Under the pieces are notes generated by a model that was not told the origin of the DNA, ran no database searches, and saw nothing but the letters and a program-made list of their open reading frames with translations. A DNA stretch of 51,505 bases from an uncultured Myxococcales bacterium. Its GTDB lineage: Bacteria > UBA10199 > 2-02-FULL-44-16 > JAAZCA01. The stretch lies in assembly GCA_964410765.1 (NCBI GenBank), contig CAYPII010000003.1, positions 1 through 51,505 on the forward strand, written 5' to 3'. The position numbers and the translations under genes were made by a program. Positions 20,944-29,624 of the stretch are shown piece after piece (position 1 is the stretch's first letter; every line of letters starts with the position of its first letter).

Positions 20944-21058
20944 TATGAACTGAAGTTAACACAGTTTATCTAAAATCACTAAATATTAATAAGACAGATA
21001 TAATTTTCCTCCCTATTCCAGGAAATCATATAAATCATGTGATTACATGAGGTTACTG

Positions 21059-21244
21059 TTAAACCAGGTCGATTTCGATGACGCGGCGGGATTCGGTGCG
21101 CTCCTCCTCATCCCATGCGCGGGGGTCCATCTCGGGGGCCGGCAGGGGGATCTGCAGGGCGGGGCGATTGCGCTCCTCGCGCTCCTGGCGCTCGCGTCTG
21201 ATCCGCTCGATGATCTCCGGTGCCAACATGGGTTCTCCCTCCAT
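21059..21244 (-). CDS. Small highly charged hypothetical protein (61 aa)
   Basis: High GC3 in frame, located downstream of the nitrilase-family gene on the same strand. No family recognised. Confidence 0.45.
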   Translation of the reverse strand: MEGEPMLAPEIIERIRRERQEREERNRPALQIPLPAPEMDPRAWDEEERTESRRVIEIDLV

Positions 21245-21304
21245 CCTTATTATCGGCAGGAATCCGAGGAAGTTGTCCGAAATATATTGAACGATTCTGG
21301 GCGG

Positions 21305-22207
21305 TTAACGCGAAATGACCTTACAGCGGCGGAGTGGATAGGTGCGGTGGATCTTGCGCAGCGCCGGGAGCTGGCGGCGGATCCGGTCGACGAGCGAGAG
21401 GTCGATAGTCGCGGTGACGAGCGCGTTGCCCTTCGGGGGCGCTTCGACGAGCACCTTCCCCCACGGGTCGACCGCGCAGCTGGCCCCAAAGAAGCGCACG
21501 CCGTCGGCGTTCTTCCCGCTCTGGTTGACCGCACAGACGAAGCACTGGTTCTCGATCGCGCGCACGCGGATGAGCGAGAGCCAGTGGTCACGTCCGGTGA
21601 ACTTCGTGAACGCCGCGGGGAGGAAGACGAGCTTGGCGCCCGCCAGCGCCATCTTGCGAAAGAGCTCCGGGTAGCGCAGGTCGTTGCAGATGCCGAGGCC
21701 GATCGTCGTGCGCCTCTGCGTTCCATCCTTCAGGCGAATCGGCATCTCCGCGACGGTGACATGCTTGCCAGGCCGCATATACTCCGACTCGCGAAAGCGA
21801 ATCTTTCCCGGGACCTCGATGTCGAAGAGGTGCATCTTCGCGTAGCGCGCGGCGAAGTCCCCATTGGGGTCGATCAGATAGCAGGCGTTTGCAGGGAGGT
21901 CGTGCGGGTTCTTCTCCAGGATCGACCCGGCGACAATATACAGGCCGTGTTTTTCCGCCGCCTCGCGCAGGGCGGTCATCGCCTCTCCCCGGCGTGTCTC
22001 CGCGATCTCCTTGGGCTTCTTGAACGACCCCATGTAATCGAAGAGCTCCGGGAGGCAGACGATCGCGGCCTTCTCCTTCGCTGCGTCGGCAACCAACCGT
22101 AGGGCGCGGCGCAGATTCTTCTTCCGATCCGGCCCCACGTTCATCTGCGCGAGCGCGATCGTGACCTTCTGAGAAGCGGCCTTCTTCTGCGGTGGCTTCT
22201 TTGGCAT
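21305..22207 (-). CDS. Carbon-nitrogen hydrolase (nitrilase/Nit superfamily amidohydrolase)
   Basis: IALAQMN, CLPELF (catalytic Glu), and GLGICNDLRYPELF (catalytic Cys in the ICND context). Confidence 0.88.
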   Translation of the reverse strand: MPKKPPQKKAASQKVTIALAQMNVGPDRKKNLRRALRLVADAAKEKAAIVCLPELFDYMGSFKKPKEIAETRRGEAMTALREAAEKHGLYIVAGSILEKNPHDLPANACYLIDPNGDFAARYAKMHLFDIEVPGKIRFRESEYMRPGKHVTVAEMPIRLKDGTQRRTTIGLGICNDLRYPELFRKMALAGAKLVFLPAAFTKFTGRDHWLSLIRVRAIENQCFVCAVNQSGKNADGVRFFGASCAVDPWGKVLVEAPPKGNALVTATIDLSLVDRIRRQLPALRKIHRTYPLRRCKVISR

Positions 22208-22357
22208 GGCGCGAATCTATAGTCCGATGGCGCGGGGGAGTAAAGGCCTCCGTTTGGAGGGGAGGGCAAGAAATTTCGTCCCCTGACAGAATTTGGAGTT
22301 GATTTTATCCCACCCGATGCCGCATCTTGTTGCCTCACCCATGAGCGGAGGTCATCG

Positions 22358-22897
22358 ATGAAGTTGGGCGTGATGAGCGATACCCATGGAAATCATTTGT
22401 ATATGCAGCGCGCGGCGAAGCGGATGGTGGAGGAGTTCGGATGCGAGGTCCTCATCCACCTTGGGGATGAATACGCGGATGCGCAGAAGATACAGACGCC
22501 AGGGGCGCCGGTCTACGCCGTCCCCGGGATGTTCGAGCCCGCCTGGGAGCGGGAGGATATTCCCCACCGCCTGATCACCCAGTTCGACGGGACGACCTTC
22601 CTGCTCTCGCACACCCCCACGCGCGATCCGCACGATCGCGCGGGCGATATCGATCCGACCGCGGCCTGCTCCCGCCGTGAGATCGAGGTCCTCCTGCACG
22701 GCCACACCCACCAGCGCCATGCGCGCGAATCGCAGGAGGGGTGCATCATCATCAGCCCCGGACACCTCAAGGCGGCAGAGGACCGCGGGAACACGGCCTC
22801 GTTTGCGATCCTCGACATCGATCGCCCGCAGCTCGCCGTCACCTTCGTCGAGCTCGAGGGAGGCATCATCGAGCAGCAGCGCTTTACCCTCGACTGA
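22358..22897 (+). CDS. Metallophosphoesterase, YfcE/MJ0936-like
   Basis: Motifs SDTHGN, HLGD and LLHGHTHQ. Confidence 0.85.
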   Translation: MKLGVMSDTHGNHLYMQRAAKRMVEEFGCEVLIHLGDEYADAQKIQTPGAPVYAVPGMFEPAWEREDIPHRLITQFDGTTFLLSHTPTRDPHDRAGDIDPTAACSRREIEVLLHGHTHQRHARESQEGCIIISPGHLKAAEDRGNTASFAILDIDRPQLAVTFVELEGGIIEQQRFTLD

Positions 22898-22900
22898 TCG

Positions 22901-23815
22901 CTATCGCACATCTTCGATCGGGCGCTTCACGTAGAACTCGTTGGAGAAGGCGGGGGGGCACTCCTTTGTGCCGGTGCGGAGGATGAGACGGTACTTCCCG
23001 TAGGGCTGGTCGTCGGGGATCGTCCAGGAGAAGGCGGTGGATTCCCCGGCGCCGAGGGCGAATCGCCGACCCCCCTTGGCGAGCTCGTCGGGTTCCTGCC
23101 AGTCGCCGCGTCGGAAGCGCTGGATATACAGGCGCTTGCGCAGGCGTTGTCGTTCATAGGCCTCGTTGATGATCGCGAGCGAGAGCTCCTCCCCCCGTTC
23201 GTAGAGGTTCTTGTCGGTCGTCATCCGCCAGACGGGGTTGGGATTGTTCTTCGTCCCCACCAGGACGCGGCGCTTCGGCGCGGGCTCGTCCCAGTTGCGT
23301 ACCGGGCCGACGTCGACGTGGACGAAGGCGTAGCGCGGATAGAGCCCCACCCCCCCGGCGCCCAGCTTTCGGGCATAGGCGGCGACGGCCTCCTCGCGGA
23401 CCTCGTCGAGGTGGATGTCGGCGGCCACCCCCTTCGTGTGCAAACTCTCGCTCGCCGCCCCGCGGCCGCTCATGCGCAGTGCCCGATTGTACTTCGGGCT
23501 GCGATAGCTCGAGATGATCTCCACCGTCTCGGCCTCGAAGTGGTCCTGGAGGTGGTCGATGAGGTCGATCAGACGGATGTCGATGGGGTGCGTCTTTCCG
23601 TCGCGGGAGCGCATCGCCCGGGCGATGCGTTTGAGCGCTGCCGGATCGAGCTTCCCGTTGCGCCGGAAGACGATCTCGGCGAACTCGCGCTCATGATAGT
23701 TATAGAGGGCGATCGTCCCGTCGCCACGCGGAGAGGCCCCCTTTTCGGCGGTCTTTGCGACGCTGGCCGCAAAAAAAAGCAAAAAAACAGCAACGATTCC
23801 CGCTATTTTTGGCAT
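22901..23815 (-). CDS. DUF882 / peptidase M15A (YcbK/MepK-like) with signal peptide and an extra C-terminal domain
   Basis: ISSYRSPKYN, SLHTKGVAADI and GVGLYPRYAFVHVDVGPVRNW. ATG 23815 (MPKIAGIV...) follows SD GAGGGG; the track start 23893 is rejected. Confidence 0.85.
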   Translation of the reverse strand: MPKIAGIVAVFLLFFAASVAKTAEKGASPRGDGTIALYNYHEREFAEIVFRRNGKLDPAALKRIARAMRSRDGKTHPIDIRLIDLIDHLQDHFEAETVEIISSYRSPKYNRALRMSGRGAASESLHTKGVAADIHLDEVREEAVAAYARKLGAGGVGLYPRYAFVHVDVGPVRNWDEPAPKRRVLVGTKNNPNPVWRMTTDKNLYERGEELSLAIINEAYERQRLRKRLYIQRFRRGDWQEPDELAKGGRRFALGAGESTAFSWTIPDDQPYGKYRLILRTGTKECPPAFSNEFYVKRPIEDVR

Positions 23816-23879
23816 TTTCCCCTCTTTTTCGGCAAAAAACCGGAAACTTGCCCCCCCGCCTGCCGATAATAACCATGAT

Positions 23880-24434
23880 ATGATGCGGCGCACAACAGCG
23901 GCGGCAGCACTCCTCTTTCTGGGCCTGCTCCTCCTCCCGGCGGAGCGGCTGGAGACGGCGGTCCAGCACGAGTCGCTCTTCCGCGTCGGCGGCGACGGCC
24001 AGCTTGTCCTCTCCGATCCGCGTACGCAGGAGCGGATCGCGGTCGTCTACCGCGACCGGCAAGGGAGCTATGACGACGCCGCGCTCGCAGCGATCGACCG
24101 GACGCTGCGCTGCCACGGGCGCGACGAGGTCTTTCCGATCTCGCTCAAGCTCATAGAACTCGTCGACCACCTCCAGGATCACTTTGGCGCGGAGGAGATT
24201 CGCGTCATCTCCGGCTATCGCAGCCCCGAGTACAACGCGCAGCTGCGCCGACGCTCGCGGCGTGTGGCGCACGACAGCTTGCATATGAAGGGGATGGCGA
24301 TGGATATCCGCATGCCGGGCGTGAGCAAGTTCAAGATCGGACGCTATGCGCGGGAGATCGCGATCGGTGGCGTCGGCGTCTATCCCCGCAGTGGCTTCGT
24401 CCACGTTGATGTCGGCCCCGTCCGCACCTGGTAG
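23880..24434 (+). CDS. DUF882 / peptidase M15A paralog (short form, RR-containing signal peptide)
   Basis: ISGYRSPEYN, SLHMKGMAMDI and GVGVYPRSGFVHVDVGPVRTW. It is divergent from the longer paralog. Confidence 0.85.
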   Translation: MMRRTTAAAALLFLGLLLLPAERLETAVQHESLFRVGGDGQLVLSDPRTQERIAVVYRDRQGSYDDAALAAIDRTLRCHGRDEVFPISLKLIELVDHLQDHFGAEEIRVISGYRSPEYNAQLRRRSRRVAHDSLHMKGMAMDIRMPGVSKFKIGRYAREIAIGGVGVYPRSGFVHVDVGPVRTW

Positions 24435-24440
24435 GATTTC

Positions 24441-25901
24441 CTAGACGACCATCCGTTCGGCAAAGATATTTCCCCGTCCCAGGATATTCTTCGGATCGTA
24501 TTCGCGCTTCCACGTGCGCATCCGTTCGATCGTCGCCGCATCGTGCTGGAGCGGGAGCTGGTCGGCATGGAGCTTGCCGATGCCGTGCTCGCCCGCCACG
24601 CCGCCCCCGAGCGCGACCGCCTTTCGGCAGCAGTCGGCGAGGATCTCCAGCGCGCGGCGCTTCTCGTCGGCGTTGCGTGCGAGCAGGTTCGTGTGCGGAT
24701 GGCCGTTGCCGATGTGCGCGTAGGCCATGAAGGGCATCCCCGACGCTCCCGCAACTTCGTAGAAGTGTTCGAGCATCTCGTGAATTTTTGGCAACGGCAC
24801 CCACCAGTCGCTCCCCACCTTGCCGCCCCCCTCCGCCCAGGCGGCGCGCCCGACCTCGTTGGCCGCCTCGGGGATGCGATGGCGCCAGAGGCGAAACTCC
24901 TCCTGCTGCGTCGGCGTCGTCGCGATGAGGATCTGTTCGGCGAGTTCCGCTCCGGCGGCTGAAGAGGCCGCCTCATACCAGCGTTCGAAATGCGCGTTCA
25001 TTTCGCCGTCGTCCGCATACTCCTGCTTGATGTAGAGCAGCGCCGCGACCTCGTCGGGAATTGTCGGAAAACCGGCGGCGCTCTTCATCCGTTCGAGCGC
25101 GCCGGAGTCGACCAGTTCGAGCGTGCGCGGATTGAGGTCGTCGCGCGCGAGTGAAACGTCGACGACGAAGTCGAGCGCCGCTCGGTTCGAGGGAAAGGGG
25201 AGGAGTGCGGCGAAGAAGCGCGGAATCCCCTCGAGGCAGCTCAGCCAGATGCGATCGACGTATGCGAGCGTTCCCTCCGAGCCGATGATCAGATCGATGG
25301 GGTTTGTCCAATCGACGAAATAGCCGGCGCGGTTGCGCTCATCGGATATGCATTCGTTTGCGGTGCGCTCGAGCGTGCGGCGTTCGCCCGTGGGCAGGAC
25401 GATCTCCAGGCGACGGACGTAGCGGCGCACCGGTCCGTACTTGTAGGAATCCTCGCCGGTGGCATTCGTCGCCACGTTCGCGCCGATACGGCACTCGTCG
25501 CGCGAGGTCGGCGCCACCGGGTAGAAGAGCTCATGCTCGGCGAGGGTGCGCTGCAGGTCGGCGACGACCATTCCGGGGCGCACGCAGGCGATGCGCTCAC
25601 CATGCTCCTCGGCGATGTCGACGATCCCCTCGAGCTTTTCAGTGGAGACGAGCAACCCCCCGTCGGCGACGGAGGCGCCGGTCATCGAGGTCTGTGAGCC
25701 GCAGATCGTGATCGGTACGCCCCGTTCGTGACAGGAGCGAAGCGCCTCGGCGATCTCCGCCTCGTCGCGCGCCACGAGCACCGCATCGGGCTCGGCGCGC
25801 ATCATCGTGTCCTCGCGATAGCTCTCCATCCGATCGTCGTCGGCGAAGATCAGCCGATCGGCCGAAGAGAGCCCCTCCAGTGTTTTTTGGATTGCGGTCA
25901 T
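24441..25901 (-). CDS. FAD-binding oxidoreductase (GlcD/D-lactate dehydrogenase-like)
   Basis: FAD_binding_4-type N-terminal half (ICGSQTSMTGASV) and a C-terminal GGVAGEHGIGKL motif. Confidence 0.85.
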   Translation of the reverse strand: MTAIQKTLEGLSSADRLIFADDDRMESYREDTMMRAEPDAVLVARDEAEIAEALRSCHERGVPITICGSQTSMTGASVADGGLLVSTEKLEGIVDIAEEHGERIACVRPGMVVADLQRTLAEHELFYPVAPTSRDECRIGANVATNATGEDSYKYGPVRRYVRRLEIVLPTGERRTLERTANECISDERNRAGYFVDWTNPIDLIIGSEGTLAYVDRIWLSCLEGIPRFFAALLPFPSNRAALDFVVDVSLARDDLNPRTLELVDSGALERMKSAAGFPTIPDEVAALLYIKQEYADDGEMNAHFERWYEAASSAAGAELAEQILIATTPTQQEEFRLWRHRIPEAANEVGRAAWAEGGGKVGSDWWVPLPKIHEMLEHFYEVAGASGMPFMAYAHIGNGHPHTNLLARNADEKRRALEILADCCRKAVALGGGVAGEHGIGKLHADQLPLQHDAATIERMRTWKREYDPKNILGRGNIFAERMVV

Positions 25902-26041
25902 GAGGCCTCCTCAAACACAGGGCGGGGACGGTGTCAAAATCTCGCCCCCCCAAAATGAGACCGTTCTCATTCTGAGAGGGGGACGGCGCGGGATTGATAA
26001 ATATTTCTTAATAAAATCATGCCTTTCAGAATTTATCCACC

Positions 26042-26057
26042 TGGCATGCGACTTGCT
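26042..26057 (+). promoter_or_regulatory. Sigma-54 (-24/-12) type promoter TGGCATgcgacTTGCT
   Basis: GG and GC are spaced exactly as in the TGGCAC-N5-TTGC consensus. It lies about 36 nt upstream of the lipoprotein start, which has its own SD GGGAGG. Confidence 0.55.
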
Positions 26058-26092
26058 ATTTAGAGCCCTGCTCACGGAAGAGGGAGGTCCTA

Positions 26093-27574
26093 ATGATGCG
26101 TTCACGACACTGGAGGATGATCGGCGTGCCGGTTGCATTTCTCATGCTGGCACTCCTGACGAACTGTGCCGGAGGACAGGTGCGTATGGGAGGTGCCGGG
26201 GAGGAGGGAGAGGGTGTACAACTCGAACAGCTCATCGATACCTCCAAGATTCCCCAGGTTGACGTCGGCATGGGAACTCCGGAGGTGACCGATGCGGTTC
26301 TGAAGAAGAACTTCTGCGAGGCGCGTCCGCCGGATCCCGGATTGGAATGCCCCTCCTGCAATCGACTCCTCCCGCCGAGTGATCGGGATGTGGAGATCAC
26401 CATCGATATGTCGAAGGTGGTGATGACGGAAAAGGCGGCGGCAGGAGAGGTCGAAGGGGAAGAGGTCTCTTCGACCAAGACGGTGACCGTTCGTCCGCCG
26501 GACATCGTCGTGGCCTTCGACGCCGATCGATTCTACGCGGCCCTGGACAACGATGCCTTTGGGGTTGGGATGGGGCTCTTGGGAATGCAATTGGGTAAGC
26601 TCGATGAGATGCTTCAGCAGTTTTTGGGTGTCGAAAATCCCATCGCCGATCGGAAGCTCACGAAAGTCTGCTTTGCCTGTCGGTGGTGGATTCATATGGA
26701 GGATATGGAGCAAAAAGCGGCAAAAGAAACGGAGTACGATGTCTCCAAGGAAGTCAAGAGCGCCGACGTGCCGAAACGGCGTGACGGGATGTTGCCCGAT
26801 TGTGCCGAATTCGTCGTCATTCTGGAGTTCGCGGATGGGACGATCGACAGCGCATTGCTCGATGAACATCTCTCCAAACTGCCGGCGATCGAATCCGAAT
26901 TCGGCAAGATCTATCCGATGGACAAGGAGGGGCTCGGACTCATCTCGGTCGGTGCAGATCGTGTCGCGATGGGAACGCCCGGATACGCCCTCTATGCGGC
27001 GAAGGATACACAGGCGAAGCTCGCTACGGACTCCTGCCCGTATCGGAAGGAGTGGCTCTCCTTCGACCCCTCCATCCTGGAGGCCTTGGCATGCCTACAA
27101 GCGGCGCCGCTCGAAGGGAGTGAGGCCAGCGAGGATCAGTTGCTCTGCGAGATCGATCGCCTTCTGGAACGCGAGGGAGATGACTGGCCCTTCGGCGTCC
27201 AGCCGGCGACCGCGATCAACTATATGACCAGCGTCGAGATCGAAGAGGCGATCCTCGTGGCGGCGCTCGATATCGCCGCGACGGAGGAAGCAAAGCTGTT
27301 GGCCTTTGCCGGCTTTAACACATTTGCCGCCGGCGAGTTGGCGCTGGAGTCGCTGGTCAAACTGCGCCTCGATATCTTTGATCCGATGCGCATCCAGCGG
27401 TTTCTTTTGGAACGGGACGATGCCTGCGAGGAGAAGGAAAAATCGATGATCGAGATGGAATCGTCCATGAAGGATTATGGTTTCAATACGGTCTTCAAGG
27501 ATGCGGAAGTGGAGATGAAGATGGAGTATCAGGAAGAGAGCGTTCCCTCCGAAGCGCCGTTCCCAAAAGAATGA
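26093..27574 (+). CDS. Acidic lipoprotein of unknown function
   Basis: Lipobox LLTNC after a positively charged N-terminus. 493 aa, Asp/Glu-rich, and somewhat lower GC than its neighbours. No family recognised. Confidence 0.75.
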   Translation: MMRSRHWRMIGVPVAFLMLALLTNCAGGQVRMGGAGEEGEGVQLEQLIDTSKIPQVDVGMGTPEVTDAVLKKNFCEARPPDPGLECPSCNRLLPPSDRDVEITIDMSKVVMTEKAAAGEVEGEEVSSTKTVTVRPPDIVVAFDADRFYAALDNDAFGVGMGLLGMQLGKLDEMLQQFLGVENPIADRKLTKVCFACRWWIHMEDMEQKAAKETEYDVSKEVKSADVPKRRDGMLPDCAEFVVILEFADGTIDSALLDEHLSKLPAIESEFGKIYPMDKEGLGLISVGADRVAMGTPGYALYAAKDTQAKLATDSCPYRKEWLSFDPSILEALACLQAAPLEGSEASEDQLLCEIDRLLEREGDDWPFGVQPATAINYMTSVEIEEAILVAALDIAATEEAKLLAFAGFNTFAAGELALESLVKLRLDIFDPMRIQRFLLERDDACEEKEKSMIEMESSMKDYGFNTVFKDAEVEMKMEYQEESVPSEAPFPKE

Positions 27575-27601
27575 CGCGCATATCCACGTGCTGTATGCCC
27601 C

Positions 27602-27633
27602 GAGCGGCCTGGATGATTCAGGCCGCTCGTTTC
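27602..27633. terminator. Hairpin terminator between convergent genes
   Basis: GAGCGGCCTG, loop GATGATT, then CAGGCCGCTC followed by GTTTC. Confidence 0.7.
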
Positions 27634-28084
27634 ATCCGCCGAGCTCCTGCGTGTCGAGCAGGATCGTCACCGGGCCGTCGTTGGTGAGCCGCACCTGCAT
27701 GAACGCTGCGAATTCACCGGTGGCGACGTGCACGCCGCGCAGGCGGCAGGCCTCGCAGAAGTGTTCGTAGAGGGAGCGCGCTGCCTCCGGATCGGCGGCG
27801 CCGGTAAACGAGGGGCGCCGCCCCTTCCGGCAATCGGCGGCGAGCGTGAACTGCGAGACGACGAGGAGCTCCCCGTCCACATCCAGGAGCGAGCGGTTCA
27901 TCCGTCCGTCATCGTCGGCGAAGATGCGCAGCTCGCAGCACTTCTTCGCCAGTGCCTCCGCCTCGCGCTCGCCATCGCCGGCGACGACGCCCAGGAGGAC
28001 GACGAGCCCCCGGTCGATCTTTCCGACCGGACGTCCCTCGACCGTCACCCGGGCCTCCTTCGCGCGCTGGAGCACCGCCTTCAT
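27632..28084 (-). CDS. dtd: D-aminoacyl-tRNA deacylase
   Basis: MKAVLQRA....V, SQFTL and a C-terminal NDGPVT. 150 aa from ATG 28084; the 275-aa track ORF extension is an artefact. Confidence 0.92.
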   Translation of the reverse strand: MKAVLQRAKEARVTVEGRPVGKIDRGLVVLLGVVAGDGEREAEALAKKCCELRIFADDDGRMNRSLLDVDGELLVVSQFTLAADCRKGRRPSFTGAADPEAARSLYEHFCEACRLRGVHVATGEFAAFMQVRLTNDGPVTILLDTQELGG

Positions 28085-28144
28085 ACCCCCTGCATCGCAA
28101 AGAAATTCGTGTGATGACAAGCCCTTTTTCGGTATAGTCCCGCC

Positions 28145-29326
28145 ATGTCCGGATGGATGCGACGAGCCCTCCCGCTCCTCCTCCTCGCGGCACTCCTCCT
28201 GCTGCCCGCACAGCTTCGAGCGACGGTCGTTCCCGCAAACGAGGCGCTCCTCTCCGCGGTCCCCGGCGCGCATCGCTTCGAGCACATCCTGCGGCCGGTC
28301 GATCACTACGTGCTCTTCGACGCGGCGGGCGCGCGCATCGGCGTCGCCTTCGTCACCACCAGCGTTCCGCCGCAGATCACCGCGTATCGCGGGGAGATCG
28401 ACCTGCTCGTCGGCATCGACCGCGAGGGGCGGGTCGCCTCCGTGCAGCTCCTGGATCATGAGGAGTCACCCGACTACGTCGACCGAATCGTCGCGAGCGG
28501 TCTGTTGGGCGCCTTCGTCGGCCGGAATGCGGCGGAGCATGCGCAGGTCGAGGCGATCACCGGTGCCACGATCACCTCGCGGGCGATGATCGACGATATC
28601 GCGAGCGCGCACGAGCGCGTGATGGCGATGCTCTCCGGCGAGGAGTTCGAAGGGCCGAGCCCGCGCACGAGCATCCCCTGGCTCCCGAGCGTCGCGGTCC
28701 TGTTGGTCCTGGCGCTTGCGTTCATGCGCCTGCGCCGTCCGCGTGACCGGATCCTGCGCGTCGTCACGATGATTGCCGCAGTCGCCGTCGTCGGCGTCTG
28801 GTTCAATACCCCGATCACGATCGGCGATCTCGTCGACCTTCGAAACGGGTCCCTCCCCTCGCTCGCGCGCCTGCCGCTGCTGCTCCTCCTCTTTGCCGTC
28901 GTTGCCGCATTCCTACGTGGCAACCTCTACTGCTGCTTCGTCTGCCCTTTCGGGGCGCTCCAGGAGGGGGCGGCCGCCGTCGGGTTGCCGAAGTGCGCGC
29001 CCTCCGATCGCGCGATACGCGCGCTGCGTTGGCTGCGTTGGATCGTGGCGATCGCCACGATCTACGCCATCGCGGTCATCGGCAGCAGCGCCTTCCGGAC
29101 GATCGAACCCTTCGCCCTTCTCTTCTCGCGTTGGCCGGGGGTGACGACGATCGTTCAGACGGCGGTGATTCTGTTGCTGGCTCTCTTTTTCCGACGCATC
29201 TGGTGCCGTTTCTTCTGTCCGACGGGGCTCATTCTCGATCTGATCGCGATGTTCGGGGCGAAGATCCGTCACCTCCTCTTTCGCCGGAGGAAAGGGAAGA
29301 ATTGTGAACCGAACGAGGCACCATAA
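28145..29326 (+). CDS. Membrane redox protein: signal peptide + FMN-binding domain + NapH/NosR-type CX3CP polyferredoxin-like TM domain
   Basis: Flavinylation-type motif [11 protein letters not shown], multiple TM helices, and two CxxCP motifs ([21 protein letters not shown]). Confidence 0.8.
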   Translation: MSGWMRRALPLLLLAALLLLPAQLRATVVPANEALLSAVPGAHRFEHILRPVDHYVLFDAAGARIGVAFVTTSVPPQITAYRGEIDLLVGIDREGRVASVQLLDHEESPDYVDRIVASGLLGAFVGRNAAEHAQVEAITGATITSRAMIDDIASAHERVMAMLSGEEFEGPSPRTSIPWLPSVAVLLVLALAFMRLRRPRDRILRVVTMIAAVAVVGVWFNTPITIGDLVDLRNGSLPSLARLPLLLLLFAVVAAFLRGNLYCCFVCPFGALQEGAAAVGLPKCAPSDRAIRALRWLRWIVAIATIYAIAVIGSSAFRTIEPFALLFSRWPGVTTIVQTAVILLLALFFRRIWCRFFCPTGLILDLIAMFGAKIRHLLFRRRKGKNCEPNEAP

Positions 29327-29624
29327 CGCGCTCCTGGCGCTCGCGGTCGGGGCGGTGCTGGGCGTCACCGGCTGGGCGCTGGCCGTCCGCGAACCGGCCC
29401 TCTTTCGGATCGCGCCGGTCGTCCGCGAGCTCCCCGTCCCGGCGCCGGTCATCGAGGAGGAGGTCACGGAGCCGGTCGAGATCCTTCGCCGACAGCGGCG
29501 TGAACGCCGTCGCGAGCAGCGCCGCGAGCGCCGAGGAAATTCGCGGACCGAACGGATGATCGAATCGGGCGCGCTCTCCGACCATCGCGCCGATTACTGG
29601 GAGCCGGTCGAGGAGGGACGATGA
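29304..29624 (+). CDS. Small single-pass membrane protein with an Arg/Glu-rich tail
   Basis: GTG start after [14 protein letters not shown] and high GC3. It overlaps the upstream gene by 23 nt and the downstream gene by ATGA. Confidence 0.6.
   Translation: MNRTRHHNALLALAVGAVLGVTGWALAVREPALFRIAPVVRELPVPAPVIEEEVTEPVEILRRQRRERRREQRRERRGNSRTERMIESGALSDHRADYWEPVEEGR

Noticed and set aside
21047-22102. 351-aa plus-strand ORF overlapping the nitrilase-family gene.
   Set aside because: It has no motifs and an Arg/Leu/Asp-rich composition, while the minus-strand frame has the Glu/Lys/Cys nitrilase signature.
26031-26040. DnaA-box-like TTATCCACC just upstream of the sigma-54-type promoter.
   Set aside because: It is a single copy with one mismatch and has no partner boxes.
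28085-28459. N-terminal 125-residue extension of the dtd ORF (track 27632-28459).
   Set aside because: Dtd is complete from MKAVLQRA (ATG 28084). The extension is low-complexity and overlaps the divergent FMN-binding protein gene.
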